Source of the DNA: an uncultured Clostridiaceae bacterium
GTDB taxonomy: Bacteria; Bacillota; Clostridia; TANB77; CAG-508
Assembly (NCBI GenBank): GCA_958402495.1
Contig: CATXTS010000002.1
Coordinates: forward strand, 1 to 50,520
DNA length: 50,520 nt
Reading direction: 5' to 3'
Shown: piece by piece, positions 1 through 10,472 of the stretch
How the letters are laid out: every line of letters begins with the position of its first letter
Numbering within the stretch: the stretch's first letter is position 1
Notes under the pieces: model-generated
What the model was told of the DNA's origin: nothing
Database searches by the model: none
The model's input: only the letters and a program-made list of their open reading frames with translations
Made by a program: the position numbers and the translations under genes

Positions 1-1018
1 CATAATTACTTTTTAGAATATCTAAGAACACAGAAGCAATAGAAGGGTCAAATTGACTACCAGAGCATCTTTCTATTTCAGAAATAACCGTTTCTATTGG
101 AAGGGCATCACGATAGGTTCTTTTAGAAGTCATGGCATCAAAAGTATCCGCTACAGCAGCAATCCTTGCTAAATAGGGAATATCTTCTCCTTTTAATTTA
201 CTAGGATAGCCATTACCATCATATCTTTCATGATGATGCATAACAATAGGAATAATATCTTTAAAAATAGTGGCATTATTTAAAATGTGTGTACCAATTG
301 CTGGGTGATTTTTAATTTGAGAATATTCATCATCAGAAAGTTTAGCCTCTTTTAATAAAATACTATCTGGAATACCAATTTTACCAATATCATGAAATAG
401 ACCACCAATACGTAGTGTTTTTATATCTTCTTCATTTAGACCTAGATATTCGCCAATTAGAACAGAATAAGCAGAAACACGGTCTGAATGTCCTCTGGTA
501 TATGGGTCTTTTGCTTCAACAGTATAACGTAGAGTTTCAATACTTTCTAAATAAGCCTTCTCTAACTTTTCATAAGTATCAGAAAGTTCTTCATTAATTC
601 GTTTGATTTCATTCATTTGTTCAATAGATTTTATACCAGATTCCACCAATAGTAATAGTTGGTCAAATTTATCACTCTTCTCACAATAACCTTGAATATC
701 TAATCTACGAATAGTTTCTAATGGTGGAGCTAAATCTTTATGACCAGTTAATAATAAAATATATAAATCTTTATTAAATTTTCTAATTTCTTCAACAACA
801 TCATCACCATGAATAGGAGACATCATAAAGTCTAGAATCATCATATCAAAATGTTCATTTTTGACACGTTCAATTGCCTCTGTAGGGTCAGTCACACCAG
901 TAAAATCATAACCAGAACGCTTTAAAAAGATAGATAATGAGTCGATAATACCAATTTCATCATCAACAGCTATGATTTTATATCCATTAGAAGTTACACT
1001 TTGAATCCCTTTTCTCAT
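1..1018 (-). CDS. Response regulator with REC receiver and HD-GYP phosphohydrolase domain (probable c-di-GMP phosphodiesterase). The C-terminus runs off the window.
   Basis: Absent from the ORF track because the window edge truncates it. Hand translation of the minus strand from ATG 1018-1016 gives MRKGIQSVTSNGYKIIAVDDE...MMILDFMMSP (receiver). Further on it gives KTLRIGGLFHDIGKIGIPDS (HD motif, nt ~361-420) and MHHHERYDGNGYP (GYP motif, nt ~205-240). An RBS GGTAGGTGA lies upstream. Confidence 0.85.
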   Translation of the reverse strand, partial: MRKGIQSVTSNGYKIIAVDDEIGIIDSLSIFLKRSGYDFTGVTDPTEAIERVKNEHFDMMILDFMMSPIHGDDVVEEIRKFNKDLYILLLTGHKDLAPPLETIRRLDIQGYCEKSDKFDQLLLLVESGIKSIEQMNEIKRINEELSDTYEKLEKAYLESIETLRYTVEAKDPYTRGHSDRVSAYSVLIGEYLGLNEEDIKTLRIGGLFHDIGKIGIPDSILLKEAKLSDDEYSQIKNHPAIGTHILNNATIFKDIIPIVMHHHERYDGNGYPSKLKGEDIPYLARIAAVADTFDAMTSKRTYRDALPIETVISEIERCSGSQFDPSIASVFLDILKSNY

Positions 1019-1043
1019 AATTTCACCTACCTAAATTACTAGT

Positions 1044-1071
1044 ATTATACTATATTAACAGAAAAAAGCAA
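1044..1071 (-). promoter_or_regulatory. Putative sigma-A promoter for the HD-GYP regulator
   Basis: Minus strand reads TTGCTT (1071-1066), 16 nt, TATAAT (1049-1044). It sits about 25 nt upstream of the ATG, downstream of the kinase hairpin. Confidence 0.4.
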
Positions 1072-1111
1072 GGTATAAAGTAAAAAAATGTCGAAACGTA
1101 AGAAAAGGCAT

Positions 1112-1156
1112 ACAAATAGAAATAAAAATACTTACCTATAAAAAAGTAAGTATTTT
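1112..1156 (-). terminator. Hairpin plus U-rich tail after the histidine kinase
   Basis: An 11-bp stem (1125-1135 pairs with 1146-1156) with a 10-nt loop. On the minus strand it is followed by TTATTTCTATTT. Confidence 0.45.
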
Positions 1157-1164
1157 ATAAAAAG

Positions 1165-3183
1165 TTATAAAGGTAAAATAATATGGAAGGAAGTGCCTAC
1201 GCCTTTTTGTGTTTCAAAAGTAATATTACCATTAAAGTGAGCACGAATATTTGAATAAGACATAAATAAACCAAGACCAGTACCATTTTTCCCTTTTGTT
1301 GTAATCATTTCTTTAAATAATTTCTTTTCTACTTCATCAGGAAGACCACCTGCATAATCACGAATAGTAATGATGATATTTGTATTCTCTTGTACAATGA
1401 TTAAATCTATATTTTGATCTTTTTGACCATTATAAGCTTGAATACTATTAGAAATCATATTATTAATAACTTGTACTAAACTATTAACATTTCCTTTTAA
1501 AGTAACATCTGGTTCTATTTGTAAATCCATTACTAAATTAACTAATGCGTTTTTTAGCTCATGTCTCATTAATATATCTATTCGTTTTACAAGTTCTTCA
1601 ATTGAAAAGGTATAGGCTTGCTCATCAGATAAAGTAACAGCCTGTCCTTTAACAGCAGTAATAACATCAGACATATATTCCGTGTAAGATTTTATCTTTT
1701 CTATCCAAGTAGACATATCTTTTGCAATTTCATGATGGTCTTGATTAGTTACCTCTGCATCTCCTATAGAAGCATTATATTCTTTAACCAAATCATTTAA
1801 TCCCTCTACTGCACCTGCAATAGACATGATAGGTGTCTTTAAGTTATGGGCAATACCACCAATTAATTGTCCTAAAGAAGCAAGACGCTCCTTTTCCATT
1901 AATTTATCCTGGTTATCTTGGATTTGATTTAAATGTTGTGTATTTAAATCCTGAAGCTGATTAAGCAAACTAACTAAATCACCAATTTCATCATTAGAAG
2001 TAACAGGAAGTTTAGGATTACTTGTATCTGTATCACTTTGAATAATATGTAATAGTTCATCATTTACATTATTAATATCTTTATTTAAAGAAGTTACTAC
2101 ATAAATAATAATTATTAAATTAAAGATAAATAATAATAAAGAAATAATTAAAAATAATAAAAAGCTAGAAAAAGAGGCTATCTCGTAATAAATTCCTACG
2201 GTATAAACTTCACCATTATATTCTATTTTTTCAATAACTGCTTGTGAGTCCACGGTATAAGCTTCATATACCATATTACCATGAGAGGCAGATAAATCAT
2301 GCATATATTTTACAAAAAAGTGACTTAACTCTTGACCATTACTAGTTTGAATAGAACCATCTGGATTTTCTATAAAACAAAAAACCATAGAATCTTCAAT
2401 ATAGTAAGGAGAAAGAAGAGTATCCATTTCTTTAATAGTTGGATTAGAAGATATATTGGTAATTTCCGTATGTAAAGAAGTATAGTAATAATTTTTTAGT
2501 AGAGAACCTTTCTCAAGAGTTAAACGATAGTACCCCACTAAAGATAAAATTAAAGCAACTACTAGTACACCAGGAAACAGTTGAAATATTAATTTGTATT
2601 TCAAAGAAAATGGTTTAGTCTCTTCTTTACTAATATATCTAGAAGTATATTTTAAAAGCGGATACAATGTATTTTTAGAAACAATTAAAAACAAAGAGGC
2701 TATCAATGTAGAGAAACTAAAAATAATGGTTCCCATTTTAAATAATAAAATAGCAGGATGGCTACCAGTTAACATTAAGATAGCCAATACAATGATGGTT
2801 GGAAAAATCTCCATAGAAATATATAATTTATAAGAAAAGGTTAAGGCTTTTTTTCTTACCATTAAAATAGTTCCTAAATCTGAACTTTTATGTTTCCACC
2901 ATTTATCTATTTTTCTTAAAGCAATTTTTAAATATGTTACAAAAAATACACTAATTCCTAGAACTACTAACAAAAATTGATAAACATAATATAAAATGGA
3001 TACTTCTTTATCAAATGTTGTATTAATAGTATCAGGCGGATAATTTAATAATATAGGTATAACGTTGTATAATAAAAAGGAAAAAGCAAAAAATATAATT
3101 AGAAAATAAATCACTAATTGATTAGAGATAGATAATTTTCTAAAATTATTTTGTAAAGTTTTAAACAAATTTGATTTCACCAC
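1165..3183 (-). CDS. Multi-pass membrane sensor histidine kinase (HisKA + HATPase_c)
   Basis: 672-aa ORF with many N-terminal hydrophobic segments. H-box GGIAHNLKTPIMSI and ATP-lid GKNGTGLGLFMS are present. The GTG start directly abuts the NRPS stop codon. Confidence 0.9.
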   Translation of the reverse strand: MVKSNLFKTLQNNFRKLSISNQLVIYFLIIFFAFSFLLYNVIPILLNYPPDTINTTFDKEVSILYYVYQFLLVVLGISVFFVTYLKIALRKIDKWWKHKSSDLGTILMVRKKALTFSYKLYISMEIFPTIIVLAILMLTGSHPAILLFKMGTIIFSFSTLIASLFLIVSKNTLYPLLKYTSRYISKEETKPFSLKYKLIFQLFPGVLVVALILSLVGYYRLTLEKGSLLKNYYYTSLHTEITNISSNPTIKEMDTLLSPYYIEDSMVFCFIENPDGSIQTSNGQELSHFFVKYMHDLSASHGNMVYEAYTVDSQAVIEKIEYNGEVYTVGIYYEIASFSSFLLFLIISLLLFIFNLIIIIYVVTSLNKDINNVNDELLHIIQSDTDTSNPKLPVTSNDEIGDLVSLLNQLQDLNTQHLNQIQDNQDKLMEKERLASLGQLIGGIAHNLKTPIMSIAGAVEGLNDLVKEYNASIGDAEVTNQDHHEIAKDMSTWIEKIKSYTEYMSDVITAVKGQAVTLSDEQAYTFSIEELVKRIDILMRHELKNALVNLVMDLQIEPDVTLKGNVNSLVQVINNMISNSIQAYNGQKDQNIDLIIVQENTNIIITIRDYAGGLPDEVEKKLFKEMITTKGKNGTGLGLFMSYSNIRAHFNGNITFETQKGVGTSFHIILPL

Positions 3184-6100
3184 CTATCCTTTATCACCAA
3201 AAAAATGAACTAATTTCATATAATTAAATAATTTTTCAACATAATCTATATTTAAATCAGGCCAATGAAAACCTAATTTATTCAAATAATGACAAGTCAA
3301 GGTATTATCTGTTTGAATAATGTGATTATAAATAAAATCATCATTTTTGGTAAAGTCATTAATAATTCCCTTGATTTTTGATTGTTGAGAAACATTGGCA
3401 GAAAATTCTTTTACAGTTTCTATAAAATCTTCCGGTGATAATATAGAAATATTATAATGTAATTGCTTCATATAATCAAGTAAAGTAGAAACTTTTATGA
3501 AGTGAGGATTATATATATGAAAAATTTTATTATAGCAAGGGGTTGACCATATAATTTTACAGATAGCCTGTGCAGAAAAATCTACTGGAGAAAATTCTAA
3601 AGTATTTTCTAAAAGAGAGGAGGAAATACAACCCATTTCTAAAATAGATTTTAATCTTAGGTAAATAGAATTTTCTTCTATATTTTTTTGAAAAACACCA
3701 TCAGAATACCTACCTGTTAAGTCACCAATTCTATAGATAGAAGCTTGCAATCCATCAGACATAGCTGAAAGTACTAAAGATTCAGCTATAAGTTTACTTT
3801 TTGAATAAACATTATCATCAAAAGATTGACCAGAAAAAAAAGTATGTTCATCAAAAATAGAATTGGAATTATTTTGTTCAATTAAATAATTACCGGAGAT
3901 AGTCATTGTTGAAATATAATGTAACGGTAAAGAAAATTGATTACAAAGTTGTATTATATTTTTAGTACCTTGAATATTCGTTCTTTGAAAATCTGAATAA
4001 TTTCCATAATGCTTTACATTGGCAGCACAGTGAATGACGGCATTTACATTATTCTTAATAAAAGATAAATTAGTGGAATCTAAACCAATCATTTCCTCGT
4101 TAATATCTGATTCAATACAAATAACATATTTTTGAATAAGCGTATCGTAACGATTAGAAAAATAGAAATGAAATTTATCAAGTAGCCTTTCTGTAATAGA
4201 AATATTTTCTTTTTTTCTAACAGCACAATAAATTTTTTTTATGAGCAAAGGATGGTCTAATAGTTGCGCTAGAATATGAATCCCTAAGAAACCAGTTGCG
4301 CCAGTAATTAAAAAAGTTAAAGATTCAGTAGTAGGAAAAGCCTCGTAATTTCTAGAAAGATTCTTAGCAAAAGTATCCAAAGAAAGAAACTTTTCAATAT
4401 CTAAATTAGTTTGCAATTCGTTTTCAGATAATAGATGGTCATATAATTGTCTAACAGTAGGATATTTATAAAAGTCATAAACCTTTAAATTTAAATTATA
4501 TTGGAAAAGATCTGTTAGAATATTGATAATAGCTAAAGAATCAGCTCCAAAATCAAAAATGTTATTATCGATTCCGAAGTTAGAAAGATTTAATTTCTTT
4601 TTTATAGAAGAAATAATTTCCTCTTCTATAAGATTACGTGGTAATGTATAAATCTCATCTACAGTCATAGGTGTAATTTGATAATAACCTAAAGCTTTTC
4701 TATCTATTTTCCCATTAGGAGTATAAGGCAAACTATCTAATATAGTATAGGTGCTAGGAACCATATAATTTGGCAAGCAAGAAGTTAAATATTGTCTAAG
4801 TTCCTTTAGATTAATAGTCATAGTACAAGAAAGGAAAGCATTTAAGCAAACGGTATAATTATCAGACTTTATAATAACTGCTGATTTTATGTTGGCTGTA
4901 GGACAAAATCGATTAATCGTATTTTCAATTTCATCTAATTCAATGCGGAGACCATGGATTTTTACTTGATTATCACTTCTACCTTTACAAATTATGGAAC
5001 CATTTGATAACCAAAAGCCAATATCGCCAGTTTTATATAAAGTAGAGTTTGGTAAATAAGGATTTATTAGATAACGTTCTTTTGTAATGGAATCTTTATA
5101 TAAATAACCTCTTCCAACACCATCACCTGCAATATAAATTTCACCATATGTTTTAGGAGGTAATAAAGAAAGATTCTTATCTAGTATATAAATTTGTGTA
5201 TTATCAATTGGTTCTCCAATAGTAATCGTATCTAAATTTGATACATCTTTTACAGTAGAAAAAATAGTTGTCTCAGAGGGACCATATCCATTATAAACTA
5301 TACAATCAGGTGCAATAGATTTAATTTTGTCCACTAAAGATTTTGGAAGTTGCTCACCAGCTAGCATTATATACTTTAAGTTTTGAAAACCGTTAATACT
5401 TTGATTCTCTAAGTGAAAACGCATAATAGAAGGTGTAGATTGTATAATTTCAATTTGATTTTCTAAAAGAAGCCTTTCTAATTTTATAGTAATTTTTTGT
5501 TGAGATTCATTTGTTAAAAACAATTTAAGTCCACTACACAAAGAAACAATCGTCTCAAATATAAAAATATCAAAGGATACTGTAGTAATAGAAATGATAG
5601 AGTGTGGTATACCATCTTTTAAATATGCAATTTTATTTTTCATAGAAGAGACAAAATTAGACAAATTTTTATGAGTTAGCATAACACCCTTTGGATTACC
5701 TGTAGAACCAGAGGTATAAATGATATAAGAAAGGTCATCTGGCTGTGAAATAGAAGAAAGATTATCTATATTTACATTTGTATAAATAAAACGATTTTTT
5801 AAATCAGCAAAAATAATCTCTCCATTAAAACAAAAGTGATGGATTTTTTCTTCTAAATCTTCTTGTGACAATAATATTTTACTTTTACTATCGGTAAGCA
5901 TGTAACGAATTCTATCATCTGGGTATTCTGGATCAATAGGAATATAAGATGCTCCAGATTTCAAAACAGCTAAAATGCAAATAATCATTTCAAAACTACG
6001 ATGTGTCATAATAGCAATAATATCATTATTCTTAATATTTTTATTTCTTAAATAATAAGCTAAATGATTAGCCTTATCATTTAATTGCTCATATGTAAAT

Positions 6101-7542
6101 TGTTGATTTTCAAAAACAAGTGCAATGTGATTAGGGTTTTTAGCCACTTGTTCCTCAAAAAAATCTACAATCGTCTTATGTTTATCATAAACCAGTTGTG
6201 TATCGTTAAAATCATATAATAATTTTTGCTTTTCTTCAGGTGTAACAATCTCTATATCTTGAATGCATAAATTATCAGAAGAAAGAATTTGCTCAATCAT
6301 ATATAGAATTCTAGCATGTATATCTGTAATATCCTCTTTAGAATATTTAGATAAACGATAATCATAAGCAATATTTAAAGAACCCTCATCATTCATATCA
6401 AATAAATGAATTTGCATAGAATCTGCTACAAAATCATTAAAAGTCCATCTGACTTCGTAATCTACGCCAGCGGTATTCTTATTAGTTCTCGTATTTTGAT
6501 AAGAAATTAAAATATCATATAAGTTGGGTTGAGAGGGATTTTTAGCACGAATATGCTCTAGAATATTTTGATATGGATATTTCTGATGGCGAAACATAGC
6601 CAAGGCATCCATAGCAATTGTTTTAATAAAGTCAGAAAAAGAAGATTCGTTATGAATACAAAAACGAAAAGGAACGGTACTAATAAACATACCAGGCGTA
6701 TTTTTTTCTGTATAAGTGGTTCTATTTAAAATAGGAGTGCCTAAAACAAAATCGTCTAATTGAGAAACACGACCAATATAAATAGCATATACAGCCATAA
6801 AAAAATTAAAAATAGATACTTTATTTTGGGCGCAAAAAGTCTGTATACGTTCTAACTGTGAACATGGCATTACAAATAATTCTCTGCTGGCTATACAAGA
6901 ATCATTTGTGGATGCGTGTACAGAGGGAATCACACCTATTTCTGGTATAGTTTCAAACATAGTATCCCAATAGGCTTTATCTTTTTCAAATCTTTCACTA
7001 GAAAGATATTCTTTTTCAGCATCAATATAAGAAAGATAAGAGGTAGCTGCAACAGGATTGTCTTTTTTTTGTAATAGAGCCGTATAAATATTGATAACTT
7101 TGCTAGCAAGAAGACCAGCTGTACAAGCGTCAGAAATTAAATGATGGGCAGTAATAACAAAGCCACCATGACCATTTGAAAATTGAAACATTTTGAAACA
7201 AAATAATAAATTATCTATTAAAGAAATAGGGGCACTTACCATGTCCTTTTCTAATTTTTTTAAATCTTCATCTGTGTTTAAAGACACAATACTAATAGGA
7301 AAATTAGAAACAGAGGAAATGTATTGTTGTACATTTCCGGCATTATCAAATGTAAGTTTTAAACGAAAACTATCGTTATCTTTCACAAAGGTTTCGATAG
7401 CTTTTTTTAGTAAATCAAAATCAACTACTTCATGTAGCAAAACTGTACCACAAATGTGATTGATAGCGGTATCTTTATAAAATTGTTCCGTAAGCCAAAT
7501 AGATTGTTGAGGATTGGTTAAATCATAATATTTTCTTTCCAT
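3184..7542 (-). CDS. Single-module non-ribosomal peptide synthetase, domain order C-A-T-R (terminal thioester reductase)
   Basis: 1452-aa ORF. C domain: HHLISDA (aa ~133). A domain: YTSGSTGNPKG (aa ~610), NGYGPSETT, YKTGD, GRSDNQVKIHGLRIEL, PNGKIDRKAL. T domain: FGADSLA (aa ~997). R domain: ITGATGFLG (aa ~1077) and YSKSK. Confidence 0.95.
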   Translation of the reverse strand: MERKYYDLTNPQQSIWLTEQFYKDTAINHICGTVLLHEVVDFDLLKKAIETFVKDNDSFRLKLTFDNAGNVQQYISSVSNFPISIVSLNTDEDLKKLEKDMVSAPISLIDNLLFCFKMFQFSNGHGGFVITAHHLISDACTAGLLASKVINIYTALLQKKDNPVAATSYLSYIDAEKEYLSSERFEKDKAYWDTMFETIPEIGVIPSVHASTNDSCIASRELFVMPCSQLERIQTFCAQNKVSIFNFFMAVYAIYIGRVSQLDDFVLGTPILNRTTYTEKNTPGMFISTVPFRFCIHNESSFSDFIKTIAMDALAMFRHQKYPYQNILEHIRAKNPSQPNLYDILISYQNTRTNKNTAGVDYEVRWTFNDFVADSMQIHLFDMNDEGSLNIAYDYRLSKYSKEDITDIHARILYMIEQILSSDNLCIQDIEIVTPEEKQKLLYDFNDTQLVYDKHKTIVDFFEEQVAKNPNHIALVFENQQFTYEQLNDKANHLAYYLRNKNIKNNDIIAIMTHRSFEMIICILAVLKSGASYIPIDPEYPDDRIRYMLTDSKSKILLSQEDLEEKIHHFCFNGEIIFADLKNRFIYTNVNIDNLSSISQPDDLSYIIYTSGSTGNPKGVMLTHKNLSNFVSSMKNKIAYLKDGIPHSIISITTVSFDIFIFETIVSLCSGLKLFLTNESQQKITIKLERLLLENQIEIIQSTPSIMRFHLENQSINGFQNLKYIMLAGEQLPKSLVDKIKSIAPDCIVYNGYGPSETTIFSTVKDVSNLDTITIGEPIDNTQIYILDKNLSLLPPKTYGEIYIAGDGVGRGYLYKDSITKERYLINPYLPNSTLYKTGDIGFWLSNGSIICKGRSDNQVKIHGLRIELDEIENTINRFCPTANIKSAVIIKSDNYTVCLNAFLSCTMTINLKELRQYLTSCLPNYMVPSTYTILDSLPYTPNGKIDRKALGYYQITPMTVDEIYTLPRNLIEEEIISSIKKKLNLSNFGIDNNIFDFGADSLAIINILTDLFQYNLNLKVYDFYKYPTVRQLYDHLLSENELQTNLDIEKFLSLDTFAKNLSRNYEAFPTTESLTFLITGATGFLGIHILAQLLDHPLLIKKIYCAVRKKENISITERLLDKFHFYFSNRYDTLIQKYVICIESDINEEMIGLDSTNLSFIKNNVNAVIHCAANVKHYGNYSDFQRTNIQGTKNIIQLCNQFSLPLHYISTMTISGNYLIEQNNSNSIFDEHTFFSGQSFDDNVYSKSKLIAESLVLSAMSDGLQASIYRIGDLTGRYSDGVFQKNIEENSIYLRLKSILEMGCISSSLLENTLEFSPVDFSAQAICKIIWSTPCYNKIFHIYNPHFIKVSTLLDYMKQLHYNISILSPEDFIETVKEFSANVSQQSKIKGIINDFTKNDDFIYNHIIQTDNTLTCHYLNKLGFHWPDLNIDYVEKLFNYMKLVHFFGDKG

Positions 7543-7784
7543 AAATATGTTCTCCTATGTTATCCATTTTTATAAAAAGATTATATAACAAAACACCAAA
7601 AAAGCAACAATTTGTTTTATGATTTGTGAAAAAAATAAATAAAAAAACAAAGAATAATAAAAAACGACAAAATACAATCAATTAAGAAAAAAGTAAATAT
7701 CTAAAAAAATAAAGGCAGAATGATTAAAACAAAAATAATTGGAAAAAATATGAATAGTAAAAAAGAAAGGGAGGAACTGACAAA

Positions 7785-8942
7785 GTGTCGGGAAAAAATA
7801 TGTATCGATATAAAAAAGCGAGCAAACAAAAATTAAAAAATATAATGACCATATTAGCCATTGTGGTATTAACTTCTATTTTAAGTATTCTATTATATAA
7901 GCTATATGAAGGAATTGATGTACATACATATAACCAACAGACAAGTCAATTAAATAGTCAAGCAATTAAAATAACACAAACCGTAGAAAATGTAAAAGAA
8001 CAAAGCAAACAAATAGCAGATGTAGTAGAAGAAGTAACCTCTTGTGTCGTAGGTATTTCCAAAATAAAAAATGCCGGAAATACGATATTTTTAAGAGACG
8101 GGACTACACAGCTAGGACTAGGAACGGGTATGATTGTATCTGAAAATGGTTATATTTTATCTAATGAACATGTGACAGGTGCCAAATATAGTAATTGCTA
8201 TGTAACTTTAGAAAATGGAAGAACATATACAGCCAGTGTAGTGTGGTCTGATTCTAATATTGATTTATCTATCTGCAAAATCAATATTAAAAATTTACCA
8301 TATGCAAAACTAGGCGATTCTGACAATGTAAGAGTAGGAGAGATAGTATATGCTATAGGCAATCCAATTGGTTTTGAATTTCAAAGAACAGTAACTTCTG
8401 GCATTATTAGTGCTACAAGTAGAACCGTAAGAATTGATGAAAATGAGAAAAGTACCTATATGGAAGATTTAATTCAAACAGATGCTACCATCAACCCAGG
8501 AAATAGTGGAGGACCATTAATAAATCCGGATGGTAATGTAATAGGAATTACCTCTGTAAAAATTACTTCCGCAGAAGGGATAGGATTTGCTGTACCAATT
8601 AATGTAGTAAAACCAATTATCGAAAGATATTTAAAAGAAGGGAAATTTGAAGAGGCTAGTTTAGGTATTTTTGCTTATGATAAAGAAGTAATTCCATATC
8701 TAGATGAAAAAATTGAATTTAATAAAGGTATCTATGTAGCACAAATTTCTTTAGATTCACCAGCAGCTAAGACAAACTTAAAAGTAGGAGACGTCATTAC
8801 TAAAATTGACAATTTAGAATTAACTAAAATGTGTGATTTAAGATGTTATATTTATACAAAATCACCAGGAGAAGAAGTGACACTTACCGTTTATAAAAAC
8901 GGAAAAGAACAAACCATAAAAGTTACTTTAGGAATGAAATAA
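7785..8942 (+). CDS. HtrA/DegP-type trypsin-like serine protease with N-terminal TM anchor and C-terminal PDZ domain
   Basis: 385 aa. Contains an SNEHV (His) region, the catalytic-Ser motif GNSGGPL, and a PDZ-like C-terminus (GIYVAQISLDSPAAKTNLKVGDVI). RBS GGGAGG precedes the GTG; an alternative ATG lies at 7800. Confidence 0.88.
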   Translation: MSGKNMYRYKKASKQKLKNIMTILAIVVLTSILSILLYKLYEGIDVHTYNQQTSQLNSQAIKITQTVENVKEQSKQIADVVEEVTSCVVGISKIKNAGNTIFLRDGTTQLGLGTGMIVSENGYILSNEHVTGAKYSNCYVTLENGRTYTASVVWSDSNIDLSICKINIKNLPYAKLGDSDNVRVGEIVYAIGNPIGFEFQRTVTSGIISATSRTVRIDENEKSTYMEDLIQTDATINPGNSGGPLINPDGNVIGITSVKITSAEGIGFAVPINVVKPIIERYLKEGKFEEASLGIFAYDKEVIPYLDEKIEFNKGIYVAQISLDSPAAKTNLKVGDVITKIDNLELTKMCDLRCYIYTKSPGEEVTLTVYKNGKEQTIKVTLGMK

Positions 8943-8954
8943 GAGGAGGATATT

Positions 8955-10448
8955 ATGAATCAATCATATTGGATTGCATCAGGGATAGAAAAGCAACAAG
9001 CCTATCCTAAATTAGAAAAAAATATAGAAAGCGAAGTTTGCATTATAGGTGGTGGACTAACAGGATTAACTTGTGCATATTATTTAACAAAAAAAGGTTT
9101 CAAAGTAAGCGTTATAGAAAAGAATAAAATTGGGAATCATACTAGTGGAAATAGTACTGCTAAAATTACTAGTCAACATGGTTTATTTTATGATTATTTA
9201 ATTCAATCCGTAGGAAAAGAGCAGGCTAGACAATATTTATATGCTAATGAACAAGCTATTCAAAATATAGAAGATATTATAAAAAACGAAAATATAGATT
9301 GTGCATTTAAAAGAGAAGATGCTTATGTATTTACACAAGAAGAAACAGAAGTAGAAAAAATAAAAAAAGAAGTAAAAGCAGTTAATAGTCTTGGATTTCA
9401 CAGTGAATTTGTAAAAGAAATTGCTTTACCAATAGAAATACAAGGTGCTATTCGATTTCCTAATCAAGCACAATTTAATCCCTATTTATATATATTAGGA
9501 CTGGCTAATAAAATAGTGGAAAATGGAGGCAATATTTATGAAGATACAAAAGTAATCGATGTTAAAAAACAAGGGGAAGATTATGAGATATTGACCGAAA
9601 AAGCAAAGATAAATAGTCACTATGTAATTATAGCAAGTCACTATCCTTTTTTGACAGTACCAGGTTTTTACTTCATGAAAATGTATCAGGAAACCTCTTA
9701 TATAATTGCAATAGAAGATAAAAACGCTATAGACTTTGAAGGCATGTATATTAATGCAGAGAAACCGACATTATCTGTAAGAAAAGCTGAAAATGGACTG
9801 ATTTTAATAGGAGGTAGCAACCATAAGACTGGCGAAAGAATAAATTTAAAGGATGCCTATCAGAATCTAGAAAATAGGGCTAAAAATATATTTCCAGGTG
9901 CAATTGTGAAATATAAATGGAATACAGAAGATTGTATTTCTTTAGATAAAATTCCCTATATAGGAGAATTTTCAAAAATGATGCCTAATGTGTATGTTGC
10001 AACTGGTTATAAAAAATGGGGAATGACAACTTCTAATGTGGCAGCCAATATAATTGTAGATAAGATAACCGAAAAAGAAAATGTTTATGAAGAAGTTTTT
10101 AAATCTACTAGATTAAAGCCTATTAAAAATTATCAAGAATTGACAAATATGACAAAAGAAGTTACCCAATCATTTTTATTAGAAAAATTGAAAAAACCAG
10201 AAGCCTATGTTAAAAATATGCATAAAGAAGAAGGAAAAATAATAGAAATAGATGGGCAAAAAGTGGGTGCTTATTGCGACCAAGAAGGAAAATTTCATTT
10301 TGTAAAACCAGTTTGTACACATTTAGGATGTGAACTTACTTGGAATAATCTTGATAAAACTTGGGATTGTCCATGTCATGGTTCACGTTTTGATTATGAT
10401 GGTAAATCCATTTATGACCCATCTATTAAAAATTTAGAAAAATTATAA
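8955..10448 (+). CDS. FAD-dependent oxidoreductase fused to a C-terminal Rieske [2Fe-2S] domain
   Basis: N-terminal dinucleotide fold VCIIGGGLTGLTCAYYL. C-terminal Rieske motif CTHLGC...CPCHGS. RBS GAGGAGG. Confidence 0.85.
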   Translation: MNQSYWIASGIEKQQAYPKLEKNIESEVCIIGGGLTGLTCAYYLTKKGFKVSVIEKNKIGNHTSGNSTAKITSQHGLFYDYLIQSVGKEQARQYLYANEQAIQNIEDIIKNENIDCAFKREDAYVFTQEETEVEKIKKEVKAVNSLGFHSEFVKEIALPIEIQGAIRFPNQAQFNPYLYILGLANKIVENGGNIYEDTKVIDVKKQGEDYEILTEKAKINSHYVIIASHYPFLTVPGFYFMKMYQETSYIIAIEDKNAIDFEGMYINAEKPTLSVRKAENGLILIGGSNHKTGERINLKDAYQNLENRAKNIFPGAIVKYKWNTEDCISLDKIPYIGEFSKMMPNVYVATGYKKWGMTTSNVAANIIVDKITEKENVYEEVFKSTRLKPIKNYQELTNMTKEVTQSFLLEKLKKPEAYVKNMHKEEGKIIEIDGQKVGAYCDQEGKFHFVKPVCTHLGCELTWNNLDKTWDCPCHGSRFDYDGKSIYDPSIKNLEKL

Positions 10449-10472
10449 AAAGGTAAAGGAGGATATATAGTA

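Noticed and set aside
415-597. ORF-track entries lying antisense to, or overlapping, long well-supported genes. Examples start at 415, 2594, 7193, 11578, 16338, 19853, 26397, 27030, 27116, 28333, 28410, 28567, 31877, 32122, 32336, 36393, 37961, 41279, 42242, 42608, 44835, 45308, 45759, 47087, 48311, 48394, 48573, 48728 and 49559.
   Set aside because: All are shadow ORFs inside genes with clear domain motifs on the other strand or frame. They have low-complexity or hydrophobic junk translations and lack RBSs. The clusters at 26.4-27.5 kb and 28.3-28.8 kb simply reflect locally higher GC.
8955-10448. The FAD oxidoreductase-Rieske fusion, considered as a novel architecture.
   Set aside because: This domain combination is a commonly annotated family in Firmicutes (YhfW-like). 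It sits in an ordinary housekeeping context, and the sequence shows nothing unusual.
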